Notes under the pieces: model-generated
What the model saw: only the letters and a program-made list of their open reading frames with translations
Databases searched by the model: none
What the model was told of the DNA's origin: nothing
Translations under genes and position numbers: made by a program
Assembly: GCA_038872135.1 (NCBI GenBank)
Contig: JAVZGN010000007.1
Span: 1-40,294 of the forward strand
DNA length: 40,294 nt
Reading direction: 5' to 3'
Source of the DNA: Candidatus Hadarchaeales archaeon
Lineage (GTDB): Archaea > Hadarchaeota > Hadarchaeia > Hadarchaeales > Hadarchaeaceae
Shown here: in pieces, positions 29,983-37,656 of the stretch
Position numbering within the stretch: position 1 is the first letter of the stretch
How the letters are laid out: each line of letters starts with the position of its first letter

Positions 29983-30522
29983 ATGAAGAAAAAGCAAGAG
30001 GCAATTACAGAAGCAAACATCGAACGTCTGCTTAATGAATTGGCTAGGGTCGTAAACATGGAGGAAAAAATTTCCAGTCTCGCCACAGAAACTTCTTTTG
30101 TTTTTGTGCAGGAAGAATCCATTAAACGGAAATTGTATCTGATTTTGAGAGAATCCAGTGATCATGCTTTCGCGTTGCTAAGTGCTGTTGATGGACTCGC
30201 AAAACTAAAGAACGAATACAAGGAGCGTTTCCTCATGGTCCCCCCGTTCATTGTTGGTGGGAAATCTGAACTCGAAGTTTTGGAGAATAATCGAAGAGCA
30301 GTGAAATCCGTTGCAATTGTTTATGAAGCGATATTGGACTTGTTGATAACGTTAAGTAGTCAAAAAGTAATAAATAAAAAAGGCGTGAAAATTAATATCA
30401 AACGTTTACAACAGGTTGTGGAAGAAATTTTAAAAGCGAAAAAGAGGCAAGAAGTAGCCATCGAAGGAATTATATCATACCTCACTGACGCATGTCTTGT
30501 CTCACCAAGAGATAAAAGATAG
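29983..30522 (+). CDS. Hypothetical helical protein, possibly a degenerate ferritin-like four-helix bundle
   Basis: Open 179-codon frame with an SD-like GAGGGT upstream. E..E and ESSDH resemble the first half of a di-iron site. The second half is not conserved. Confidence 0.5.
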   Translation: MKKKQEAITEANIERLLNELARVVNMEEKISSLATETSFVFVQEESIKRKLYLILRESSDHAFALLSAVDGLAKLKNEYKERFLMVPPFIVGGKSELEVLENNRRAVKSVAIVYEAILDLLITLSSQKVINKKGVKINIKRLQQVVEEILKAKKRQEVAIEGIISYLTDACLVSPRDKR

Positions 30523-30728
30523 AAACAACCAACTCGTCGCAGATGAAGCGGGTTTTATTCGCGCGCCCGTCCAGCCTCAGCAAGATTGGCGAGGCGGCTT
30601 TTCTCTTTCGTGCGGACGCCAAGTTTCTACTATCCCTACTACAGCAATTTCAGGTTTTAGCCCGCCACCCTACAATCTCCTTATTCTGGCTTTTGTTATT
30701 CTGCAATTAAGCGCATTTTTCAAAACGA

Positions 30729-30976
30729 CTACCCATATACTACTTTACGGTGCCTGACGGTTACGAACACCACCGTTCGCTTTTCATCTGAAATCTGGTA
30801 GACGATGCGATAATCTCCAACACGAGCTGAGTAGAGCCCCTTGAGTCTCCCTCTCAGCGGTTTGCCAGTCCGCGGATTTTCAGAAATTTGAGCGACTTCA
30901 CCACTCTTTCTTGGATTTCCCTGTTTAGGTCGGAGAAATCACGGTCGAATCGCTTGGATAAAACGATTGAATACAT
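30729..30976 (-). pseudogene. RelE/ParE-family toxin, frameshifted
   Basis: MYSIVLSKRFDRDFSDLNREIQERVV, then a frame change near 30897 to EVAQISENPRTGKPLRGRLKGLYSARVGDYRIVYQISDEKRTVVFVTVRHRKVVYG*. Span of 248 nt is not a multiple of 3. Confidence 0.85.
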
Positions 30977-30979
30977 GGC

Positions 30980-31183
30980 TTATCTGTACCCATGCTTTTT
31001 TAGGAATTCTTCAAACGAGAGCAAGTTCCCCGCTCTGATATCATTTAAACCTTCCTCGATTGCTTTTAGCGTCTCCTCGTCGGCGAGGATTTCGAGAGTT
31101 TCGACTGCACCGTCTACTTCATCACCAATTCGCTCGAGCACGTCGATTAAGATTTTTGCCACCTCTGGCTCGGCTACTCCCAT
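30980..31183 (-). CDS. Cognate antitoxin (RelB/YefM-like acidic C-terminus)
   Basis: 67 aa acidic protein with ETLEILADEE..AIEEG..DIRAG...SFEE, 3 nt upstream of the RelE start. Confidence 0.8.
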   Translation of the reverse strand: MGVAEPEVAKILIDVLERIGDEVDGAVETLEILADEETLKAIEEGLNDIRAGNLLSFEEFLKKHGYR

Positions 31184-31217
31184 CTGACCTACCGAGTAAA
31201 TTTTAGTATCCGCACTA

Positions 31218-31314
31218 TATAACTTCTGTCAACCGTCTAGATCTATCTCTCAATCGGATTTCGGCCGAACTTTTTGGCTTCTGTTAGGCTTATAACCCCA
31301 AAAAAAGGAAGTCC
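31218..31314. repeat. Copy 2 of the imperfect ~90-bp direct repeat
   Basis: Aligns with 29854-29941 with short indels. TATA-like motifs at both ends face divergent genes. Confidence 0.85.
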
Positions 31315-31325
31315 GAGGCGCGAAT

Positions 31326-31670
31326 GTGTTTGGAAAGAAAAAAGTCAAACGGAGAATATTGACGGTTGAAAGTGACATAAGACGAGCCAGAGGGCTTACT
31401 ATAGAACTAAATCTTGGAACGGAGGTAGAGGTCGGTTTGGACAACGCTCGGGCTGAACTAACAGACTTGCTTGCTGGTAAAAATTAGGGTTCAAAATAAA
31501 GTCAAGGGCACATATAAATGGCATTCTCAGCAGGTTGGAAGACGCAACAAAGTTACTGCTACAATCAATAGAAAAGGAAGATAAAAAGAGAATAACAACT
31601 CAAATCAGTTTAGTGAGAACAGCGATCGGAGACCTCAGAACTCAGACGCTAATTGGGGAAGAGGTAAATG
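31326..31670 (+). pseudogene. Frameshifted hypothetical helical protein
   Basis: GTG 31326 gives MFGKKKVKRRILTVESDIRRARG...LLAGK, stopping at 31486-31488. A one-base shift in the A5 run (31479-31483) continues as LGFKIKSRAHINGILSRLEDATKLLLQ... Confidence 0.4.
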
Positions 31671-31868
31671 AGAGCGGGCATACTGATTGGTGGAATTGTT
31701 CTGTTGGTTATTGGCGTGTATCTTTTCCTCACCGCTCAGCAAACAATAGTGAGTGGATTTGGATACAGTGTAGCCCAAACCAATTCAACTCAACAGACAT
31801 TTGGAGGAGCACTCGCCGTTATTGGATTGATAGTAACAGTTGTTGGAGCGGCGGCTGAAGGCGACTAA
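31668..31868 (+). CDS. Small two-TM membrane protein
   Basis: 66 aa with two hydrophobic helices and an SD GAGGT upstream. Confidence 0.65.
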   Translation: MRAGILIGGIVLLVIGVYLFLTAQQTIVSGFGYSVAQTNSTQQTFGGALAVIGLIVTVVGAAAEGD

Positions 31869-31934
31869 AAAATCAGGTTTCAGGACACGTCCTATAACCT
31901 TTTAATTTTTGAAAATGATGATGGGACGATTGAG

Positions 31935-32153
31935 ATGATCCCGGAGGGCTTTGAGGAATACAAAAGCAGGGAGTTCTGCAGGGATGTCAAGTGCCCCGTA
32001 CAGCTTCTTCTAGATAAAAAGGAAAAGGGCTCTCAGGAGTATGAGGAAATAAGGGAAATCTGCAGGGCCGGGTGCCTCCACACAACAAGGGAATTCCACT
32101 ACTGGCTCATCGACCATGGGTATTTAATCCTGAGGCCCAAGAATAGAGTGTGA
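31935..32153 (+). CDS. Small Cys/His-rich hypothetical protein (putative metal-binding)
   Basis: FCRDVKCP...ICRAGCLH..EFHYWL. Lies 4 nt upstream of lsrF. Confidence 0.7.
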   Translation: MIPEGFEEYKSREFCRDVKCPVQLLLDKKEKGSQEYEEIREICRAGCLHTTREFHYWLIDHGYLILRPKNRV

Positions 32154-32157
32154 AAAT

Positions 32158-32949
32158 ATGGAGTGGGGGATGAAAAACAGACTTTCCCGCCTGATACAGA
32201 AAGACGGGAGGGCGATGTTTCTCCCAATAGACCACGGTTACTTCCAGGGACCAACGACAAAACTTGAGGAGCCGGGAAAAACCGTGAAGCCTCTTCTGCC
32301 CTATGTCGATGCCATCATGCTCACCAGAGGAATCTTAAGAAACTGCATTGATCCAACAGAAACCAAGCCGGTAATCCTGAGAGTTTCCGGGGGAACCAGC
32401 ATGGCGAGGAGGGATGAGCTTGATCAAGAAGGATTGATAACATCTGTGAAAGAGGCTGTGAGGCTGAATGCTTGCGCGGTTTCAATGTCCATCTTTGTCG
32501 GGGCACCGGGAGAGCACCAAACGTTGCTGAACCTTGCGCGGCTGGTCGATGAATGTGAGGATTATGGGATTCCGACGATGGCCGTGACGGCAGTTGGAGC
32601 GGAGCTGGAGAAGAGAGATGCTAGATATCTCGCCTTGGCCTGCAGGATTGCCGCCGAGCTCGGGGCCCGAGTTGTGAAAACATATTATTGCGAGGAAGGG
32701 TTTGAGAAGGTTGTGAGGGGGTGCCCTGTGCCGATAGTCATCGCTGGGGGACCAAAGGTTGACTCTGAGATGGAGGTCTTCAACTGGATCTACGATGCTC
32801 TGCAGAAGGGGGCGATAGGGGTCAACCTTGGAAGGAACATCTGGCAGCATGATTATCCCGTGGCAATGGCAAAAGCTATCAGAGCAATCATTCATGAAAA
32901 TGCAACACCGAAGGAGGCCCAGCAGATTTTTGAGGAAAACAAGAGATAA
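32158..32949 (+). CDS. lsrF: LsrF-type thiolase / class I aldolase (DhnA family)
   Basis: MEWGMKNRLSR, DHGYFQGPT, VVKTYY, IAGGPK and GRNIWQ. Confidence 0.85.
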   Translation: MEWGMKNRLSRLIQKDGRAMFLPIDHGYFQGPTTKLEEPGKTVKPLLPYVDAIMLTRGILRNCIDPTETKPVILRVSGGTSMARRDELDQEGLITSVKEAVRLNACAVSMSIFVGAPGEHQTLLNLARLVDECEDYGIPTMAVTAVGAELEKRDARYLALACRIAAELGARVVKTYYCEEGFEKVVRGCPVPIVIAGGPKVDSEMEVFNWIYDALQKGAIGVNLGRNIWQHDYPVAMAKAIRAIIHENATPKEAQQIFEENKR

Positions 32950-33068
32950 GGGCAAAACTCTCATCGGCTAAACCTTCTCCCGGTCGCCATCCTGCTCCCA
33001 ACATTCTCTGGATTTTAGAAAATCCAGGTAAAACTTTTATCCGCAGAGGCTTGAAAGAAGCTGGAGCC

Positions 33069-33371
33069 ATGGCGATAATGGAGATTTCAGTTGTGCCTGT
33101 CGGAACTGGGAGCACATCCATAAGCGATTTTGTGGTGGAGGCTTTGAAGATCCTGCGAAGGAGAAGGCTTAGATATCGGCTCACACCCATGGGAACGATA
33201 GTCGAGGGGGGGCTCGATGAACTCCTTTCACTCGTTCGGGAGGTTCATGAAGCGGTGATATCTGCCGGAGCAAAGAGGCTCGTGACGTGCATAAAAATTG
33301 ACGACAGGCGGGACAAAGAAGTAAAAATGGAGGAAAAAGTAAAATCTGTGGAGCGAAAACTGAAGGGTTGA
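33069..33371 (+). CDS. MTH1187/YkoF thiamine-binding family protein
   Basis: EISVVPVGTGSTSIS, LTPMGT and IKIDDRRDK. Confidence 0.92.
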   Translation: MAIMEISVVPVGTGSTSISDFVVEALKILRRRRLRYRLTPMGTIVEGGLDELLSLVREVHEAVISAGAKRLVTCIKIDDRRDKEVKMEEKVKSVERKLKG

Positions 33372-33376
33372 TCGGA

Positions 33377-33796
33377 ATGGGTGAGTGTATCTTCTGCAAG
33401 ATTGCGCGGGGAGAGATAAAAGCCGAGAAAATATATGAAACCCCCTTTGCTGTGGCCTTCTTAGATATAAATCCTAGAGCTCCGGCCCACACCTTGGTGA
33501 TCCCGAAGATGCATGTGGAGACGGTGGCGGAGCTGGACGACGAGCTGGCCGGAGAGGTTTTTAAAGCTGTGAGGGGGACTGTTGAGCTGCTCAAAAAGGC
33601 AATTTCCCCAGATGCCTTTACGATCGGGGTAAACGATGGCAAGGCCTCCGGTCAAGAAATTCCCCATCTTCACTTCAACATCTTCCCCAGATTTTTCGGG
33701 GATGGGGGAAAGCCGGTTCACGCGGTTGTTAACAATCCTCCAAAAGAAACAATTTCTGAAATGGGAGAAAAGATAAGGGGGGCTGCGGGGAGATGA
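33377..33796 (+). CDS. HIT family protein (variant triad HLHFN)
   Basis: CIFCKI, FLDINP, HTLVIPKMH and GQEIPHLHFNIFPR. Confidence 0.9.
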   Translation: MGECIFCKIARGEIKAEKIYETPFAVAFLDINPRAPAHTLVIPKMHVETVAELDDELAGEVFKAVRGTVELLKKAISPDAFTIGVNDGKASGQEIPHLHFNIFPRFFGDGGKPVHAVVNNPPKETISEMGEKIRGAAGR

Positions 33797-34545
33797 GCGA
33801 GCTTCTCTCCATCCTCCTCGCCACGATTGCTGTCAGCCTCATATCTTTTGTGGGGGCCGGGACCCTTCTCCTCTCTGAAAAAGTATTGAAAAAGATCCTT
33901 CTCATCCTCGTGGGCTTTGCTGCCGGAACTCTAATCGGGGGGGCTTTTCTCCACCTTCTTCCAGAGTCGATCGAGCTTGGAAGGGAAATTGGAATCTTTA
34001 CGGTTTTTTCAACCGCACTCGTCGGATTCATCCTCTTCTTCATCTTGGAAAAAATCCTCTGGCGGCATTGCCATGAAAGGGCGTGCCCAATCCATGTTTT
34101 CGCCTACCTCAACCTGCTTGGAGATGGTATCCACAATTTCGTCGACGGGGTGATAATCGCTGCAGGATTTCTCGTTAGCCCCTGGCTTGGTCTCATCACC
34201 ACTCTCGCCGTTGCCGCCCACGAGGTTCCCCAGGAACTTGGGGACTTCGGGGTCCTAGTTTACGGTGGGCTCAAACCGAGAAGGGCTCTTTTCCTGAATT
34301 TTGTGACGGCGCTTACGGCGGTGGTTGGAGGAGCTGGAGGCTACTATATCCTTCCTCTCTTCGAAAATGCGAAGATTTTCCTCCTGCCGTTCGCCGCCGG
34401 TGGCTTCCTCTACATCGCCGCCTCTGATCTCATCCCTGAACTTCATAAGGAAGGAGGGAGAGTCCGCCCGCTGATATCTTTTGTCTCATTCATGCTGGGC
34501 ATCATCCTCATGTGGAGTTTGCGGTTACTTTTTGAAACTCACTGA
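33793..34545 (+). CDS. ZIP family metal transporter
   Basis: HNFVDG, HEVPQELGDF and GGFLYIA. Confidence 0.93.
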   Translation: MSELLSILLATIAVSLISFVGAGTLLLSEKVLKKILLILVGFAAGTLIGGAFLHLLPESIELGREIGIFTVFSTALVGFILFFILEKILWRHCHERACPIHVFAYLNLLGDGIHNFVDGVIIAAGFLVSPWLGLITTLAVAAHEVPQELGDFGVLVYGGLKPRRALFLNFVTALTAVVGGAGGYYILPLFENAKIFLLPFAAGGFLYIAASDLIPELHKEGGRVRPLISFVSFMLGIILMWSLRLLFETH

Positions 34546-34698
34546 TGTGCAACAATAATCACAACCCCCACCAGTTTTCAGAGGTAAAAACGGTCGGTGT
34601 TGGAAAACAATTAAACTAGAGGCATTTCTCATGAACTTCAGAAACATGTGTTCCTAATGTTTATTTGATGCCAAAAAGATGCAGTTAAAGGTGAAAGA

Positions 34699-34962
34699 GT
34701 GGAAATTGAAAAACTCAGAGAGATGATGAAAAAGTATGCGGAGGCTAAGGGGTACAAACTAAACCCTGACGAAACTGTAACCACAACCATCCTGAAAGGA
34801 CTGCTTGAAAATGAGAAAAAATATGGCTACCGCTACTGCCCTTGTAGAGTTGTGGAGGGGGACAGAGCAAAAGATGCACCAAAAATCTGTCCCTGCAAAT
34901 GGCACAAAGAAGAGATCGAGCGGATGGGCCACTGCCACTGTGGACTTTTTGTGAGGGGTTGA
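34699..34962 (+). CDS. Ferredoxin-thioredoxin reductase catalytic subunit-like protein
   Basis: CPC...CPC...CHCGLF. Confidence 0.92.
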   Translation: MEIEKLREMMKKYAEAKGYKLNPDETVTTTILKGLLENEKKYGYRYCPCRVVEGDRAKDAPKICPCKWHKEEIERMGHCHCGLFVRG

Positions 34963-34963
34963 A

Positions 34964-35347
34964 ATGGACGAGATCGAGGAGATAAAGAGGAGAAAAATGG
35001 AAGAAATGATGAAGAGAAAGCTTGGACCGGGGCACCCCATTGATTTAACCGATGAAAATTTTGAAAGGGTAGTGCTCGAGACTCCCCGGCTTGTGGTGGA
35101 TTTCTGGGCTGAGTGGTGCATGCCATGCAAGGTGATGGGACCCATAGTCGAGGAGCTGGCGCAGATGTTCAAGGGAGCAGTCCTTTTCGGAAAAATAAAC
35201 ATTGACGAAAATCCAATGACGGCAAGAAAATATGGGATAACCGCCATCCCAACCCTCCTTTTCTTCCGTGATGGAAAATTGGTGGATACCACTGTCGGGG
35301 TGCTGCCAAGGGAAACTCTGATAGCTAAGGTAAAAGCACTGAGCTAG
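34964..35347 (+). CDS. trxA: Thioredoxin
   Basis: DFWAEWCMPC and IPT. Adjacent to the FTR gene. Confidence 0.93.
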   Translation: MDEIEEIKRRKMEEMMKRKLGPGHPIDLTDENFERVVLETPRLVVDFWAEWCMPCKVMGPIVEELAQMFKGAVLFGKINIDENPMTARKYGITAIPTLLFFRDGKLVDTTVGVLPRETLIAKVKALS

Positions 35348-36534
35348 GAAACCCTCCCCAAAGAGATGGCAGCTGCAAGGCGCATCATCTCCGCATTCGA
35401 GCGGGCAATAATTGCACCGGCCTTCTTCAAGATTTTTTCCTGGAGCGAGAGATTTTGCGGGTCTTTTTTTGTCCCAATCAACCTGACGACGACTGAGACA
35501 TGCCTGCCATCCCTCTCAGCTATCTCTTCCACCTCTTCAATTACCCCCGCCGCTTCCTTCGCGGGGTTCGGGTGGGCGTTGTTTCCTAGGCCCAAGTTAA
35601 CCCCGATCACTGCTGTTTCCCAGTCCTTCGCTTCCACCAGCATTCTCCTGCAGACCGGCGTTGGATCTAGAAGTGGATCTCTCTCGCTGAGCTCCCTTGC
35701 AGTGATGTCTATGCAAGCGTTGCCGTGACTGGAGAAAAGATCTGGGAGTCTTTCACGTGGTGTCAGGGGGACATTTGAGTAGACGGTACCGGTAAATCTC
35801 TTGAGGACGATTTGCCCCTCCATACACAGCATCTTTCCCAGAAAAATTCCTCTGATTTCATTCTGATCATATCCAAACTTTTCTCTCTCCTTCCTAGCGA
35901 TCGCCAGAAGCGCATCCTTGGAAAAAATTCTAATGTTTTCAACCCCTGCTTTTACCAACGCCACCATTGCCGCCTCTTCTAAAGTTTTCGCAAATGAAAT
36001 GTTTTTCACCGGCTTTTTTGGTTCCTTCCCTAAAAAACATAAAATGCTCGGCTTCCCTGTTTTTGCCGCCGCCTTGAGCAAAATTTTTTCTGCGGTCATT
36101 GTTGGTGGAGGGGTTACAACGAGGATTATCTCGGTTTGTTGATCATTTGCCAAAAAATTCAGGGCGGAGAGGGAAGCTGCGCAGCCAACCGCCTGTGAGG
36201 TGTCCCTTCCCCCAACGTGAAGGGCGTGGGAAATCCCGGCATTCTCGAGCAGACATGCGAGTTCCCTGAGCCCTCCAGCAGATGTTGAGATAATGCCTAT
36301 CTCCCCCCTTCTAACAGAGTTCCAGATTCCAAATCCCTGGCCGCCGACAATTGAAGATTTACAACCTGGACCGAGGAAGAGAACCCCCCGTTTTAATGCC
36401 AGTTGCTTCAAAACTGCCTCCTCTTCTATCGACAGGGATTCTGGGGGAACAACAACACTTTTGCCAGCACTTAACGCAGCCTCTATTTTTTCCACCGCCT
36501 CTGCCGACGATCCAGAGATTTCAACTATCTCCAT
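35344..36534 (-). CDS. FdrA-like (succinyl-CoA synthetase fold) protein, catalytically degenerate
   Basis: LGPGC, GISHA..VGGRD, IRG and GTKKDPQ..Q...L..AG...SN follow FdrA. The RPHPMIDP motif is replaced by RDPLLDP. Confidence 0.75.
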   Translation of the reverse strand: MEIVEISGSSAEAVEKIEAALSAGKSVVVPPESLSIEEEAVLKQLALKRGVLFLGPGCKSSIVGGQGFGIWNSVRRGEIGIISTSAGGLRELACLLENAGISHALHVGGRDTSQAVGCAASLSALNFLANDQQTEIILVVTPPPTMTAEKILLKAAAKTGKPSILCFLGKEPKKPVKNISFAKTLEEAAMVALVKAGVENIRIFSKDALLAIARKEREKFGYDQNEIRGIFLGKMLCMEGQIVLKRFTGTVYSNVPLTPRERLPDLFSSHGNACIDITARELSERDPLLDPTPVCRRMLVEAKDWETAVIGVNLGLGNNAHPNPAKEAAGVIEEVEEIAERDGRHVSVVVRLIGTKKDPQNLSLQEKILKKAGAIIARSNAEMMRLAAAISLGRVS

Positions 36535-36630
36535 CTATCTCAACTGCTCCCGGCGCCATATTTCTCTTTTCAATCATCTGACTTCAGCCAACTTGACCAT
36601 CCTGATTTTTTATTTTGGGGTGAATTAGCA

Positions 36631-37656
36631 GTGATGGACACCGTTATTCTCAGATATGATGAGATTGCCCTCAAGAGCCCCCCGGTCAGAAGGAGGTTCG
36701 AGGATATCCTGAAGAAGAATGTAGTGAAAATGCTGGGGAAAAGGAGAGCCAAAATTACAAAGGAAGGGGGAAGATTTTTCATAAAAATCGATGAGCCGGC
36801 AAAAATCGCAAAGCTTCTCTCAAACATCCCTGGAGTTTCATCGACCAGTCCTGCGAGGAGCGTCGAGGCGGGGATGGAGGAAATTGTTGCCGCGGCCGTG
36901 GAACTGGCAGAAAAAATCCTTTCGCCGAAGGAAACCTTTGCCGTGAGAACGACGCGCCATGGAAAACATCCGTTTAGTAGCAATGATATCAATCGCGCGG
37001 CTGGAAGCAAAATTCTATCTACAGTTATTGGCGCAAAGGTAGACTTGGACAACCCCGATCATGAAATTTTCATTGAAATCAGGGGGGACCGAGCATATAT
37101 CTTCAGTGAACATATCCGTGGCATCGGTGGGCTTCCCGTGGGCTCGCAGGGGAAAGTGATTGTGATTTCTGAAGATGGGGAAATCGAGAGTGCGGTTTTA
37201 ATGCTCAAGAGAGGATGTGAGGTTGCTCTTCTATCGGGCGGCCACAAGCGCCCTAAGGTTCTGACAGCAGCCAAAAGACTTCTCAAACACCATCACAGGA
37301 TTGAGCTCTTTCTCGCTCCAAAGATCTCTCTGAAAGCTGACCCCTCTCTAAGGTTCTACCTCGAGAAGGTCTTCATGAGGAAGGTCGCCAGCCTTCTTGC
37401 CGAAGAAATAGGGGCAGGGGCGATAGTTTCCGGGGAGACTATCGAGGACATCTCCAGAATTGGCCTGCGGGGATTGAAACTCATCGATTCGGTGGCATCT
37501 TTGGAGGTCTTTTATCCCCTTCTCCTTGAAGAGCCGGGAAAAATAGATGTGGACCAGAACCTCTACAATGCTTTGGAGAAGGCAATCAAAAAACTTTCAG
37601 TACCGCCTGATATCATGTCTAAATTGAAAAAGATTGTTCTGGAGGCTGAAGAATGA
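36631..37656 (+). CDS. THUMP-domain ThiI-like protein with degenerate PP-loop
   Basis: LRYDEIALKS, TFAVRT.R, VDLDNPD..I.IEIR and GGLPVGSQGK. SGGxDS is replaced by SEDGEIES. Confidence 0.8.
   Translation: MMDTVILRYDEIALKSPPVRRRFEDILKKNVVKMLGKRRAKITKEGGRFFIKIDEPAKIAKLLSNIPGVSSTSPARSVEAGMEEIVAAAVELAEKILSPKETFAVRTTRHGKHPFSSNDINRAAGSKILSTVIGAKVDLDNPDHEIFIEIRGDRAYIFSEHIRGIGGLPVGSQGKVIVISEDGEIESAVLMLKRGCEVALLSGGHKRPKVLTAAKRLLKHHHRIELFLAPKISLKADPSLRFYLEKVFMRKVASLLAEEIGAGAIVSGETIEDISRIGLRGLKLIDSVASLEVFYPLLLEEPGKIDVDQNLYNALEKAIKKLSVPPDIMSKLKKIVLEAEE

Noticed and set aside
30497-30757. 86-aa + strand ORF
   Set aside because: No recognisable motif or ribosome-binding site, and it overlaps the ends of both neighbours.
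34562-34602. Imperfect hairpin after the ZIP gene
   Set aside because: Too many mismatches to call a terminator or ncRNA.
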